A stretch of DNA of 64,000 nt from positions 206,233-270,232 of the forward strand of contig JAOAGL010000001.1 in assembly GCA_026415775.1 (NCBI GenBank), in the 5' to 3' direction. Positions 31,123 through 38,662 of the stretch are shown here, in pieces (position 1 is the first letter of the stretch; the number at the start of each line of letters is the position of its first letter). Origin of the DNA: Patescibacteria group bacterium. GTDB lineage: Bacteria; Patescibacteriota; Minisyncoccia; UBA6257; JAAZHW01. The position numbers and the translations under genes are program-made. The notes under the pieces were generated by a model that saw nothing but the letters and a program-made list of their open reading frames with translations, was not told the origin of the DNA and did not search any database.

Positions 31123-31778
31123 TGTTTGAAGATTTAAAAGGAAAAATTTTTGCGGTATATAAACCAAAAGGCATTACTTCCGCAGCTGTTGTTGAAATTA
31201 TTAAAAGAAAAACAAAAGAGAAGGTAGGACATGCTGGCACTTTAGATCCTTTAGCAAAAGGCGTTTTAGTTGTTGGAGTTGGTCGTTCTGCTACTAAAAA
31301 TTTAAATGAAGAATTAAAAAAAGAAAAAGAGTATTTGGCTTTAATTAAATTAGGCGAATTTAGTTCAACTGATGATGATGAGGGTGAAAAAATTAAAATA
31401 GAGATTAGTAAAAAACCGAGCAAAGGAGAAATTTTAGATATACTTAAAAAATTTACTGGTAAATTTTGGCAAAAACCCCCTCTTTTTAGTGCTATTAAAG
31501 TTAAAGGCAAAGAAGCTTATAAATATGCACGAATGGGTAAAAAAATTTCTTTACCAGAGCGATTGGTTGAGGTAAAAAAAATTGATTTAATTTATTACCG
31601 CTGGCCTTATTTGAAAATTAAAATTGTTTGCGGGCCTGGTTTTTATGTGCGTTCTTTGGCGCGAGATATTGGAGAAACACTTAGAACTGGCGCTTATCTT
31701 AAAGATTTGGAACGTATTCGGGTAGGTGATTTTAAGAAAGAAAATTGTTTAACTTTAGGATTTTTCTTCCAGAAATAA
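31122..31778 (+). CDS. truB: tRNA pseudouridine-55 synthase
   Basis: IFAVYKPKGITSAAVVEIIKRKTKEKVGHAGTLDPLAKGVLVVGVG is the TruB catalytic-Asp motif. Confidence 0.9.
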   Translation: MFEDLKGKIFAVYKPKGITSAAVVEIIKRKTKEKVGHAGTLDPLAKGVLVVGVGRSATKNLNEELKKEKEYLALIKLGEFSSTDDDEGEKIKIEISKKPSKGEILDILKKFTGKFWQKPPLFSAIKVKGKEAYKYARMGKKISLPERLVEVKKIDLIYYRWPYLKIKIVCGPGFYVRSLARDIGETLRTGAYLKDLERIRVGDFKKENCLTLGFFFQK

Positions 31779-31823
31779 ATTTGGAAAGAATGTATTTTTT
31801 TGATAAAATAACAGTAATATTTT

Positions 31824-33236
31824 ATGCTGAAATTTTTTAATAATCTGACGCACAAACTGCAAATATTTAAACCTTTAAAAGATAAAAAGGTTGGTTTGTA
31901 TACTTGCGGTCCAACAGTTTATTCTTATGCCCATATTGGTAATTTACGCACTTATATTTTCGAGGATGTATTAAAACGCGTTTTGAGATATAACAATTAT
32001 AAAGTTAAACACGTGATGAATATTACTGATGTTGGACATTTAACTTCGCAGGCTGATAGCGGCGAGGATAAAATCGAATTAGCAGCAAAAAAAGAAGGAC
32101 AAAATGCTTGGCAGATAGCCAAATTTTATACCGAAGCTTTTAAAAAAGATATTCAAGCGCTTAACATTTTAGAACCAGATATTTGGGTGAAAGCAACTGA
32201 TACCATCAAAGATCAAATAAAATTAATTCAGATTTTGGAGAAGAAAGGTTATATTTATCGCATTACCGATGGAATTTATTTTGATACTTCAAAACTAAAA
32301 AATTATGGCCGTTTATGGCCGAAAAAACTAAAAAAGAAAATCAAAGAAATTGATTTAGAAAAATATGCACGCATTGAAAAAATTGAAGGAAAGAAAAATT
32401 TAACTGATTTTGCTTTATGGAAATTTACGCCACTTGGCGTTAAAAGACAAATGGAGTGGGATTCGCCATGGGGCAGGGGTTTTCCTGGTTGGCATACGGA
32501 GTGTGTGGTGATGGCTTCGAAATTTTTGGGCATTCCTTTTGATATTCATTGCGGCGGGATAGACCATATTCTAATTCATCATACAAATGAAATTGCTCAA
32601 GCCGAGGCGGCTTATGGTAAAATTTTGGCTAATTATTGGCTGCATGGCGAGTTTTTAATTTTAGATAAAGGAAAAATGTCAAAATCCGAAGGCAATTTTA
32701 TTACTTTGAATGATTTAATAGCTAAAAATTTTAATCCTTTGGCTTATCGATATTTTTGTTTTACAACTCATTATCGGCAAAAATTAACTTTTTCATGGGA
32801 AGGATTAGCTGCTGCCCAAGCTGCTCTTAATCGGTTGTATGAAAAAGTTAAAGAGTTTAAAAAACAAGTGTCAAAGACTCAATTAAATTTGGGACAAAAA
32901 GCTAAAAAGTATCAGAAAAAATTTAATTATTTTATTAGTGAGGATTTAAAAATTCCTCAAGCATTGGCTTTGATGTGGCAGATGATAAAAGATAAAAATA
33001 TCAGTGCTTCTGAAAAATATTATTTACTTTTGGATTTTGATAAAGTTTTGGGTTTAAAATTAGCAGAATTAAAAGAAGAAAAAATTCCTTCTAAAATTTT
33101 GAAATTGGTTAATGAACGAGAGATGTACCGCCAGCAAAAAAATTATCAAAAAGCTGATGAATTAAGAGAAAAAATTAAAAACCTCGGCTATTTAATTGAG
33201 GATACCCCTTCGGGCCCGGTGGTGCGGAAAAGATAG
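31824..33236 (+). CDS. cysS: Cysteinyl-tRNA synthetase
   Basis: [17 protein letters not shown] carries the HIGH-class motif. ...WHTECV...KMSKSEGN is also present. Confidence 0.95.
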   Translation: MLKFFNNLTHKLQIFKPLKDKKVGLYTCGPTVYSYAHIGNLRTYIFEDVLKRVLRYNNYKVKHVMNITDVGHLTSQADSGEDKIELAAKKEGQNAWQIAKFYTEAFKKDIQALNILEPDIWVKATDTIKDQIKLIQILEKKGYIYRITDGIYFDTSKLKNYGRLWPKKLKKKIKEIDLEKYARIEKIEGKKNLTDFALWKFTPLGVKRQMEWDSPWGRGFPGWHTECVVMASKFLGIPFDIHCGGIDHILIHHTNEIAQAEAAYGKILANYWLHGEFLILDKGKMSKSEGNFITLNDLIAKNFNPLAYRYFCFTTHYRQKLTFSWEGLAAAQAALNRLYEKVKEFKKQVSKTQLNLGQKAKKYQKKFNYFISEDLKIPQALALMWQMIKDKNISASEKYYLLLDFDKVLGLKLAELKEEKIPSKILKLVNEREMYRQQKNYQKADELREKIKNLGYLIEDTPSGPVVRKR

Positions 33237-33299
33237 GAGTTGTTGACAAAATAGAAATTTTAATTTATTTTAAATTTAGTCGATTAATTTTTTGCAAAC

Positions 33300-33470
33300 A
33301 TGCAAAAAGTTATACTACCGAAAGTAATTACTAAAAATAAAAGCAAAATTATTAGAGAAAGTGGTTGTTGTTTTCGAAGTTGTGGTGGGGTACCTTGTGT
33401 TTCAATTTATAATAATTCGGAAAATTTTAAAAAGTTAAAATTAACAAAAAGAATAAAGAAAATTAAATAA
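33300..33470 (+). CDS. Unannotated 56-aa Cys-rich small ORF and candidate RiPP precursor peptide: MQKVILPKVITKNKSKIIRESGCCFRSCGGVPCVSIYNNSENFKKLKLTKRIKKIK
   Basis: I translated this by hand from the 270-nt cysS/ABC-F intergenic gap; at 56 aa it falls below the 60-aa floor of the ORF track. It is the first ATG after an in-frame TAA. A 56-codon open frame is improbable by chance in AT-rich DNA. Four Cys fall within 13 residues, and the C-tail is Lys-rich. The ABC-F RBS and ATG sit 35 nt downstream. Like most genes in this window it has no SD. Confidence 0.5.
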   Translation: MQKVILPKVITKNKSKIIRESGCCFRSCGGVPCVSIYNNSENFKKLKLTKRIKKIK

Positions 33471-33505
33471 AGGTTCTTTAAAAAATAAAAAAATGGAGGT
33501 GAAAT

Positions 33506-35203
33506 ATGCATATCAATATAAAAGATATTTGGAAAAGTTACGGGAATAAAAATGTTCTTAGGGGTATATCTTTTTCTCTAGCGCCCGGCGAAAAGGTAGC
33601 GTTAGTCGGGCATAATGGCGTTGGCAAAAGCACGCTTCTTAAAATTATTGCCGGTTTAGAGGCATTTGATAAAGGAGAGGTGTTTTTGCCGCGTAATGCG
33701 TGTATTGGATATTTGCCGCAGGAATTTGTTTTTCGAGAAGATGAAACTGTGAAGAATTGTTTTTGGCGTATAGTCGGAATTGCCGAATTAAAATTTCATA
33801 TGGAAGAATTATTAAATAATCTAGATGACGAGGAAAAAATAAAAACGTTTACTGAGCTTCAAGAAAAATATCAAAAGTTGGGGGGAGAAAATTTTGATTA
33901 TAAGATTAAAATTATTCTGGCTGGATTGGGATTGGCAAAAATAGAATTACATCAAAAATTAAAAGAATTGAGCGCTGGTGAAAAAACAAAAATTATTTTG
34001 GGAGCTATTTTGCTTAAAGGAGCAGATCTTTTATTATTGGATGAGCCAACTAATAATTTAGATATTCCAGCTTTAATTTGGTTAGAAGAATTTTTAAAAG
34101 CGACATCAGCTACTTGTTTGGTAGTTTCTCATGATAAAAAATTTTTAGATAATATTACTTCGCGAGTTTTAGAAATTGATTGGGAAACTAGAAAAGTAAA
34201 CATATTTCGAGGGAAATATTCTGAATATTTGGATTTTAAGATAAAACAACTAAATCGATTAAAAGAAGAGTTCCGCCGTCAACAAGAAAAAATCAATAGT
34301 TTAAAAAAAGTTGCTGAAAAAAATAAAGATTGGGCTCGAAAAGGTAATTATCAATTGCCACCGGACAATGATAAATATTGTCGAGGAATGCGAAGAGATA
34401 GATCTGCTAAATTAGGAAGAAAAGCTGCGGTAATACAAAAGAAATTAGAAAGAATAAAAAAAATTGATTTACCAATTGAACGAGAACCACTAACTATTGA
34501 TTTAAATGCGCAGTTAATTGCTTCAAAACCAAAAATTATTTTAAAAGAGGTAATGGTTGGCTACAAAGATAGTTTTCAATTGAGACCGATTAATTTAGAA
34601 ATTGCATATGGAGATAGGATAGGAATTCTTGGTTTAAATGGGGTAGGTAAATCCACTTTATTAAAAGTGCTTAGTGGAAGAATGTTGCCTTTAAAAGGAG
34701 AAATAAAAATAGGGGAATCATTGATTATTGGAGATTTAATTCAAGAGGAAAATAATTTACCGCTTGATAAGACCTGTTTGGATTTTATTGAAGAAAAGAC
34801 TGGTTGGCAAAAAGAAAAGGCTATCAATTTAATTCATAAATTTAATTTTTCTTTTGATGAAGCAACCCAAACGATTAAAACTTTAAGTTCTGGTCAGCGT
34901 ACTCGCTTATTGTTGGCATATTTTTCTGCAATCTCTGCGAACGTATTAATTTTGGACGAACCAACTAATCATTTAGACCTTGAAGCTATAGAAGCATTAA
35001 AAGAAGTTTTAAAAACGTACAAAGGAACACTCATTGTAGTTTCGCATGATAGGGATTTTATAGAACAAATTAAATTGACAAACTTCTATGTTATAGAAGA
35101 CGGAAAGTTAAAACAATTGTCGAGTTACAGCGATTATCTTGCTAAAAGTGTTTTAATTGCTAAAAGAATTATTCGCCAATTAAATTTAGAGCGTCGTTAT
35201 TAA
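33506..35203 (+). CDS. ABC-F family ATPase with two tandem nucleotide-binding domains and no TM domain (EttA/Uup/ARE-like ribosome-associated factor)
   Basis: NBD1 has GHNGVGKST / LSAGEKTKI / LLLLDEPTNNLD. NBD2 has GLNGVGKST / LSSGQRTRL / ILILDEPTNHLD. A ~100-aa basic inter-domain linker lies between them. The RBS is GGAGGTG. Confidence 0.85.
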   Translation: MHINIKDIWKSYGNKNVLRGISFSLAPGEKVALVGHNGVGKSTLLKIIAGLEAFDKGEVFLPRNACIGYLPQEFVFREDETVKNCFWRIVGIAELKFHMEELLNNLDDEEKIKTFTELQEKYQKLGGENFDYKIKIILAGLGLAKIELHQKLKELSAGEKTKIILGAILLKGADLLLLDEPTNNLDIPALIWLEEFLKATSATCLVVSHDKKFLDNITSRVLEIDWETRKVNIFRGKYSEYLDFKIKQLNRLKEEFRRQQEKINSLKKVAEKNKDWARKGNYQLPPDNDKYCRGMRRDRSAKLGRKAAVIQKKLERIKKIDLPIEREPLTIDLNAQLIASKPKIILKEVMVGYKDSFQLRPINLEIAYGDRIGILGLNGVGKSTLLKVLSGRMLPLKGEIKIGESLIIGDLIQEENNLPLDKTCLDFIEEKTGWQKEKAINLIHKFNFSFDEATQTIKTLSSGQRTRLLLAYFSAISANVLILDEPTNHLDLEAIEALKEVLKTYKGTLIVVSHDRDFIEQIKLTNFYVIEDGKLKQLSSYSDYLAKSVLIAKRIIRQLNLERRY

Positions 35204-35228
35204 AAAGAAAAAACGACGCTCTATTTTT
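35188..35228 (+). terminator. Hairpin plus T-run overlapping the ABC-F stop; a possible attenuator or partial terminator ahead of the rSAM gene
   Basis: AGAGCGTCGTT-(13-nt loop)-AACGACGCTCT-atttttaa. Confidence 0.4.
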
Positions 35229-35243
35229 AATTGTAGTTTTATT

Positions 35244-36494
35244 ATGAAACAGAAAATACAACAATTAGTAAAAATTAGAAGAGAAAAGCGCTATTTTCTT
35301 GCTTATTTTATAGAATATAGAAAAATTTTATTGGTTAATGAAATTGGAGCAAGGATATTGGAATTATTTTTTAATGAAAATAAATCTATTTTAGAAATTG
35401 CTGAATTTTTTATGAGGGGAGGAAAAAAATATAAAAAATCAGATATAAAAAATAATATTAGAAAATTTTTAAAAAAAGTTGCAAAAGAATTAGATAAAAG
35501 AGATTCGGGTGAATGGCCAATAATAGAAGGAGATTTTTTAGAAACCCCCATAGGAGTAGAACTTCAAATAAATACAACTTGTAATTTAAGATGTAAACAT
35601 TGTTTTCAAAGTAATTATAGTCGCATAATGCCATTTTCTCGCATAAAAAATATTCTATCGCTTTTATATAAAAATAATATATTTGAAATTAATTTAGTAG
35701 GCGGCGAACCATTTTTACATCCTAATATTTTCGAGATAATAGAAATGTGTTGTAAAAAATACAATTTTGCTGTAAATGTGATCACCAATGGTACATTATT
35801 AACAAGCAAAATTATTAATTTACTTTCTAAACATAGAGACAAAATAGCATTATTAATAAGCCTCGAAGGAGTGAAGGATACAAACGATTTAATTAGAGGA
35901 AGAGGAACATTTAAAAAAGTTGAGAGGACAATAAAAAAATTAAAGAAAAAAAGGATATATTTTGAATTCTCTTTTACTTTGAACGCATTGAATATTAAAT
36001 ACTGGAAACAATTTTTGTTATACGCTCATAAATTAAAAGCCCCTTGCAATTTTAATTTATTCAAACCATTTTCCAATAAGCAGAAATATTTAGTTATTCA
36101 CCCATTTGATTATTTCGAATTTATTAATGAGTTATTTATTTTTAAAAAAATAAAAAAAATAGAAACCGGTATTACAGATGCTGCTATATGGTCGTATGTG
36201 AATAAATTAATGCCACGCAATCAATGCAAAGCAACTTTAACAGGTTTAAATATTAATGCAAAAGGAGAAATGGTTCCTTGTGCTTTTTTTGATGAAGTTG
36301 GTTATTATAAAAACTTGCCAACGATAGATAAAAATTTTTTAAAAAATTGGAAATATAATTATTGGTTTAAGGATTTCAGAAAATATAATTTAAGAGAATG
36401 TCAATTTTGTTCTTATATTTTTAATAAATCTCGCGCTGCTTTTAATCCGTATGGTTTAAGCGCTTTTAAAAAATGGCAAAGAATTCGTCAATAA
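35244..36494 (+). CDS. Radical SAM enzyme with an N-terminal PqqD-like RiPP recognition element and a C-terminal Cys-containing SPASM/twitch-like extension; a candidate peptide-modifying maturase
   Basis: Residues ~20-90 (ILLVNEIGARILELFFNENKSILEIAEFF...) fit the PqqD/RRE winged-helix pattern. The cluster motif is CNLRCKHC (CxxxCxxC) and GGEPFLH is the SAM-binding motif. The C-terminal region carries about 5 Cys (APC, NQC, VPC, RECQFC). Confidence 0.85.
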   Translation: MKQKIQQLVKIRREKRYFLAYFIEYRKILLVNEIGARILELFFNENKSILEIAEFFMRGGKKYKKSDIKNNIRKFLKKVAKELDKRDSGEWPIIEGDFLETPIGVELQINTTCNLRCKHCFQSNYSRIMPFSRIKNILSLLYKNNIFEINLVGGEPFLHPNIFEIIEMCCKKYNFAVNVITNGTLLTSKIINLLSKHRDKIALLISLEGVKDTNDLIRGRGTFKKVERTIKKLKKKRIYFEFSFTLNALNIKYWKQFLLYAHKLKAPCNFNLFKPFSNKQKYLVIHPFDYFEFINELFIFKKIKKIETGITDAAIWSYVNKLMPRNQCKATLTGLNINAKGEMVPCAFFDEVGYYKNLPTIDKNFLKNWKYNYWFKDFRKYNLRECQFCSYIFNKSRAAFNPYGLSAFKKWQRIRQ

Positions 36495-36883
36495 AAAAGA
36501 AATTTTTTTGATATTTAGCCATTTTAATTTAATAGATAAATATTACAAATTTTTACTTTGTTTTCACTATAATTTTTATCGATTGATTTTTTGTTTCTTA
36601 ATGTAAACAGTGTACATTGGAAAAATTGCCGAACTAGATATTTAATAAATAAAATGACGCACATTATTAATTCATGATTTTTTGAAAAATGCTCCACTGA
36701 TTCATAAATGCTTTCCAAATTATTAATTAAGCGGTGCATTAATTGAAAATCAGAAACTTTTTGCATTAAATAATCGTATGACACTCGGTTTTCAATAATG
36801 GTTTCATTAATAATGTTTGCAGTTGAAAAAGGGTTTTGAGGAATGCGGGTCGGTAGTTTATATTTTTTAGCGCTTTCTTATAT

Positions 36884-37441
36884 ATGTTTTTTATTATTTT
36901 ATTAATTATTATCTTTATTTTGTTCACGCATATTTATGCGGGTATTATTGCTGCTCCATTTGTATCCACACCTAAAAATTATATAAGAAAAGCATTAGAA
37001 ATATGCCAACTTAAAGAGGGAGAAAAGATTTATGATTTGGGTTCAGGTGATGGTCGTGTTTTAATTATAGCAGCCAAGGAATTTAATGCCGAGGCTTTGG
37101 GTTTTGAGCTTTCTTATTTTTTATATCTTATTTCAAAAATTAATATTTTTTTGCGTGGTCTTTCAAAAAAAGCCAAGGTGAAATGGTCTAATTTTTATGA
37201 AGAAGATTTAAGTCTGGCAGATGTGATATTTTGCTGGTTAACACCAAAAGCTTTCCCCAAATTGGTCAATAAATTTAATCAAGAATTAAAGATTGGAACC
37301 CGCGTTATTACTTATTCTTCGCCTCTTGGTTTTTGGCAGCCAGAAAGAGAGGTTGAACTTCAGAGCGAAGGAATAAAATTTTTTGGAAAAACTTTAATCA
37401 AGCCAGCCAAAGTCAAAATATTTTTTTATTGTAAAAAATAG
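36884..37441 (+). CDS. Small class I SAM-dependent methyltransferase with an N-terminal hydrophobic anchor
   Basis: IYDLGSGDGRVLI is motif I and DVIFCWL follows it. Confidence 0.6.
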   Translation: MFFIILLIIIFILFTHIYAGIIAAPFVSTPKNYIRKALEICQLKEGEKIYDLGSGDGRVLIIAAKEFNAEALGFELSYFLYLISKINIFLRGLSKKAKVKWSNFYEEDLSLADVIFCWLTPKAFPKLVNKFNQELKIGTRVITYSSPLGFWQPEREVELQSEGIKFFGKTLIKPAKVKIFFYCKK

Positions 37442-37667
37442 ACAGCATTTTATTTAAAAAATCTACATTTTTACAGATTTACTTCTTCAAAATTCAAAGA
37501 ACCTTTATTTTTGAGAATTTTTTAATTAAAAACTCATTTATTAGGAAATCTTGACACAATTCAAAAAATATCCTAAATTAAAATCAGAACTTTAAAAATA
37601 TATGTCTTGGATTCTGCGGGAAATCCGCGGAAAATCTCAACCAAGACAGAAAAAGGGGAGGTGTGAG

Positions 37668-38543
37668 GTGAAAAAGATTTTATTTTTTATTTTTGTTTTA
37701 ATTTTTCTGGTAATGGTGGTTGTTCCCACTGAAGCCCAGCAGCAGAAAAAAAGGGATAGGTGGGAGTTAGAACTGAGCTACGGGCAGTTTTGGGTAGTGA
37801 AACACGATCTGCCATCTAATCTTATATTTGTGAGAGAAAAAAATCCAGATTTTCAGCTGGCCCTGAGGTTGAGGATTTGGCGAGGGTGGTATGTAGGGAT
37901 ACTTGCGGGAATGAAAAAAGAAACTCAAAATGAATACTTTACAGATGAGATTTATACCAACTATTGGTGGCTAGAAGATAGGTTCGGAAACTTTCTGGCT
38001 AAGAATTATATAGAAAGAGACATCAGTGTTTTTAAAACAGCTCCTTATATTGGGGCAGAAACAAAATTAAATCTACTCACAATTAAATTTTCAAAATCCA
38101 TAGGGTTAACTCCCTATGGGAGGGCAGGGATAAAGAGGTGGTTTGCACAAACTGAAGGATTTTTTCACACAAAGGACTACATTCTTTACGATCTAGATAA
38201 AAGTACAAGTACTCCTTACATGATTTATAATTATACTGCTACTCCTGTAGGAGTAGGAAGATACCATGGAAAGGTAACAATTTGGTTGGCCAACCCCGAC
38301 GGTACGAAAGGCCCTGTAGTATATGAGGATGAGTGGCAGAATTATATGTCAAATATGAGGGCGGGTGGTATCTTTTTTTATGGTGGAGGAATGTCTTTGC
38401 GGATAGGAAAAGTTGGGTTAAATGCAGAATGGATTTTTGAAAGGCGGAAGGATAATATTTTTGATGGAGAGAATAAAAAGTTTATTGGAAGTAGAAAATT
38501 CCAACACGCCATGTGGCGGGTTGGGCTGGGATATAGATTTTAA
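37668..38543 (+). CDS. Secreted protein with a signal peptide and an outer-membrane beta-barrel-like C-terminus ending in Phe; start is GTG 37668
   Basis: The RBS AAGGGGAGG lies 6-7 nt before GTG. The signal peptide is KKILFFIFVLIFLVMVVVPTEAQQ. The C-terminal half shows alternating-hydrophobic beta-strand patterns and ends ...AMWRVGLGYRF. The N-terminal 22 codons in the track are probably not translated. Confidence 0.5.
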   Translation: MKKILFFIFVLIFLVMVVVPTEAQQQKKRDRWELELSYGQFWVVKHDLPSNLIFVREKNPDFQLALRLRIWRGWYVGILAGMKKETQNEYFTDEIYTNYWWLEDRFGNFLAKNYIERDISVFKTAPYIGAETKLNLLTIKFSKSIGLTPYGRAGIKRWFAQTEGFFHTKDYILYDLDKSTSTPYMIYNYTATPVGVGRYHGKVTIWLANPDGTKGPVVYEDEWQNYMSNMRAGGIFFYGGGMSLRIGKVGLNAEWIFERRKDNIFDGENKKFIGSRKFQHAMWRVGLGYRF

Positions 38544-38552
38544 AATATATAT

Positions 38553-38579
38553 AGAGAGGCTTTTATGCCTCTCTTTTTT
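38553..38579 (+). terminator. Intrinsic terminator
   Basis: AGAGAGGC-ttttat-GCCTCTCT-ttttt. Confidence 0.7.
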
Positions 38580-38662
38580 ATCCACAAAAAAGGTTGATTG
38601 TATTTAAATTTGGAGTGAGTTATAATTATAGTGAAAGGGGCGTTTATTTAAAATAAACTTTT

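Noticed and set aside
31100-31510. 136-aa minus-strand ORF overlapping truB
   Set aside because: It is fully antisense to a well-supported truB and has an Ser/Phe/Leu-rich composition typical of an AT-rich antisense frame.
36524-36784. 86-aa minus-strand ORF in the AT-rich spacer after the rSAM gene
   Set aside because: It has no motif, no RBS and hydrophobic low-complexity composition. It could be real but I cannot support it, and it does not resemble the Cys-rich peptide.
37551-37580. Possible promoter for the OMP-like gene: TTGACA at 37551-37556, then TAAATT 16 nt downstream
   Set aside because: The -10 is weak and AT-rich DNA gives many such matches. I kept it out of the features list.
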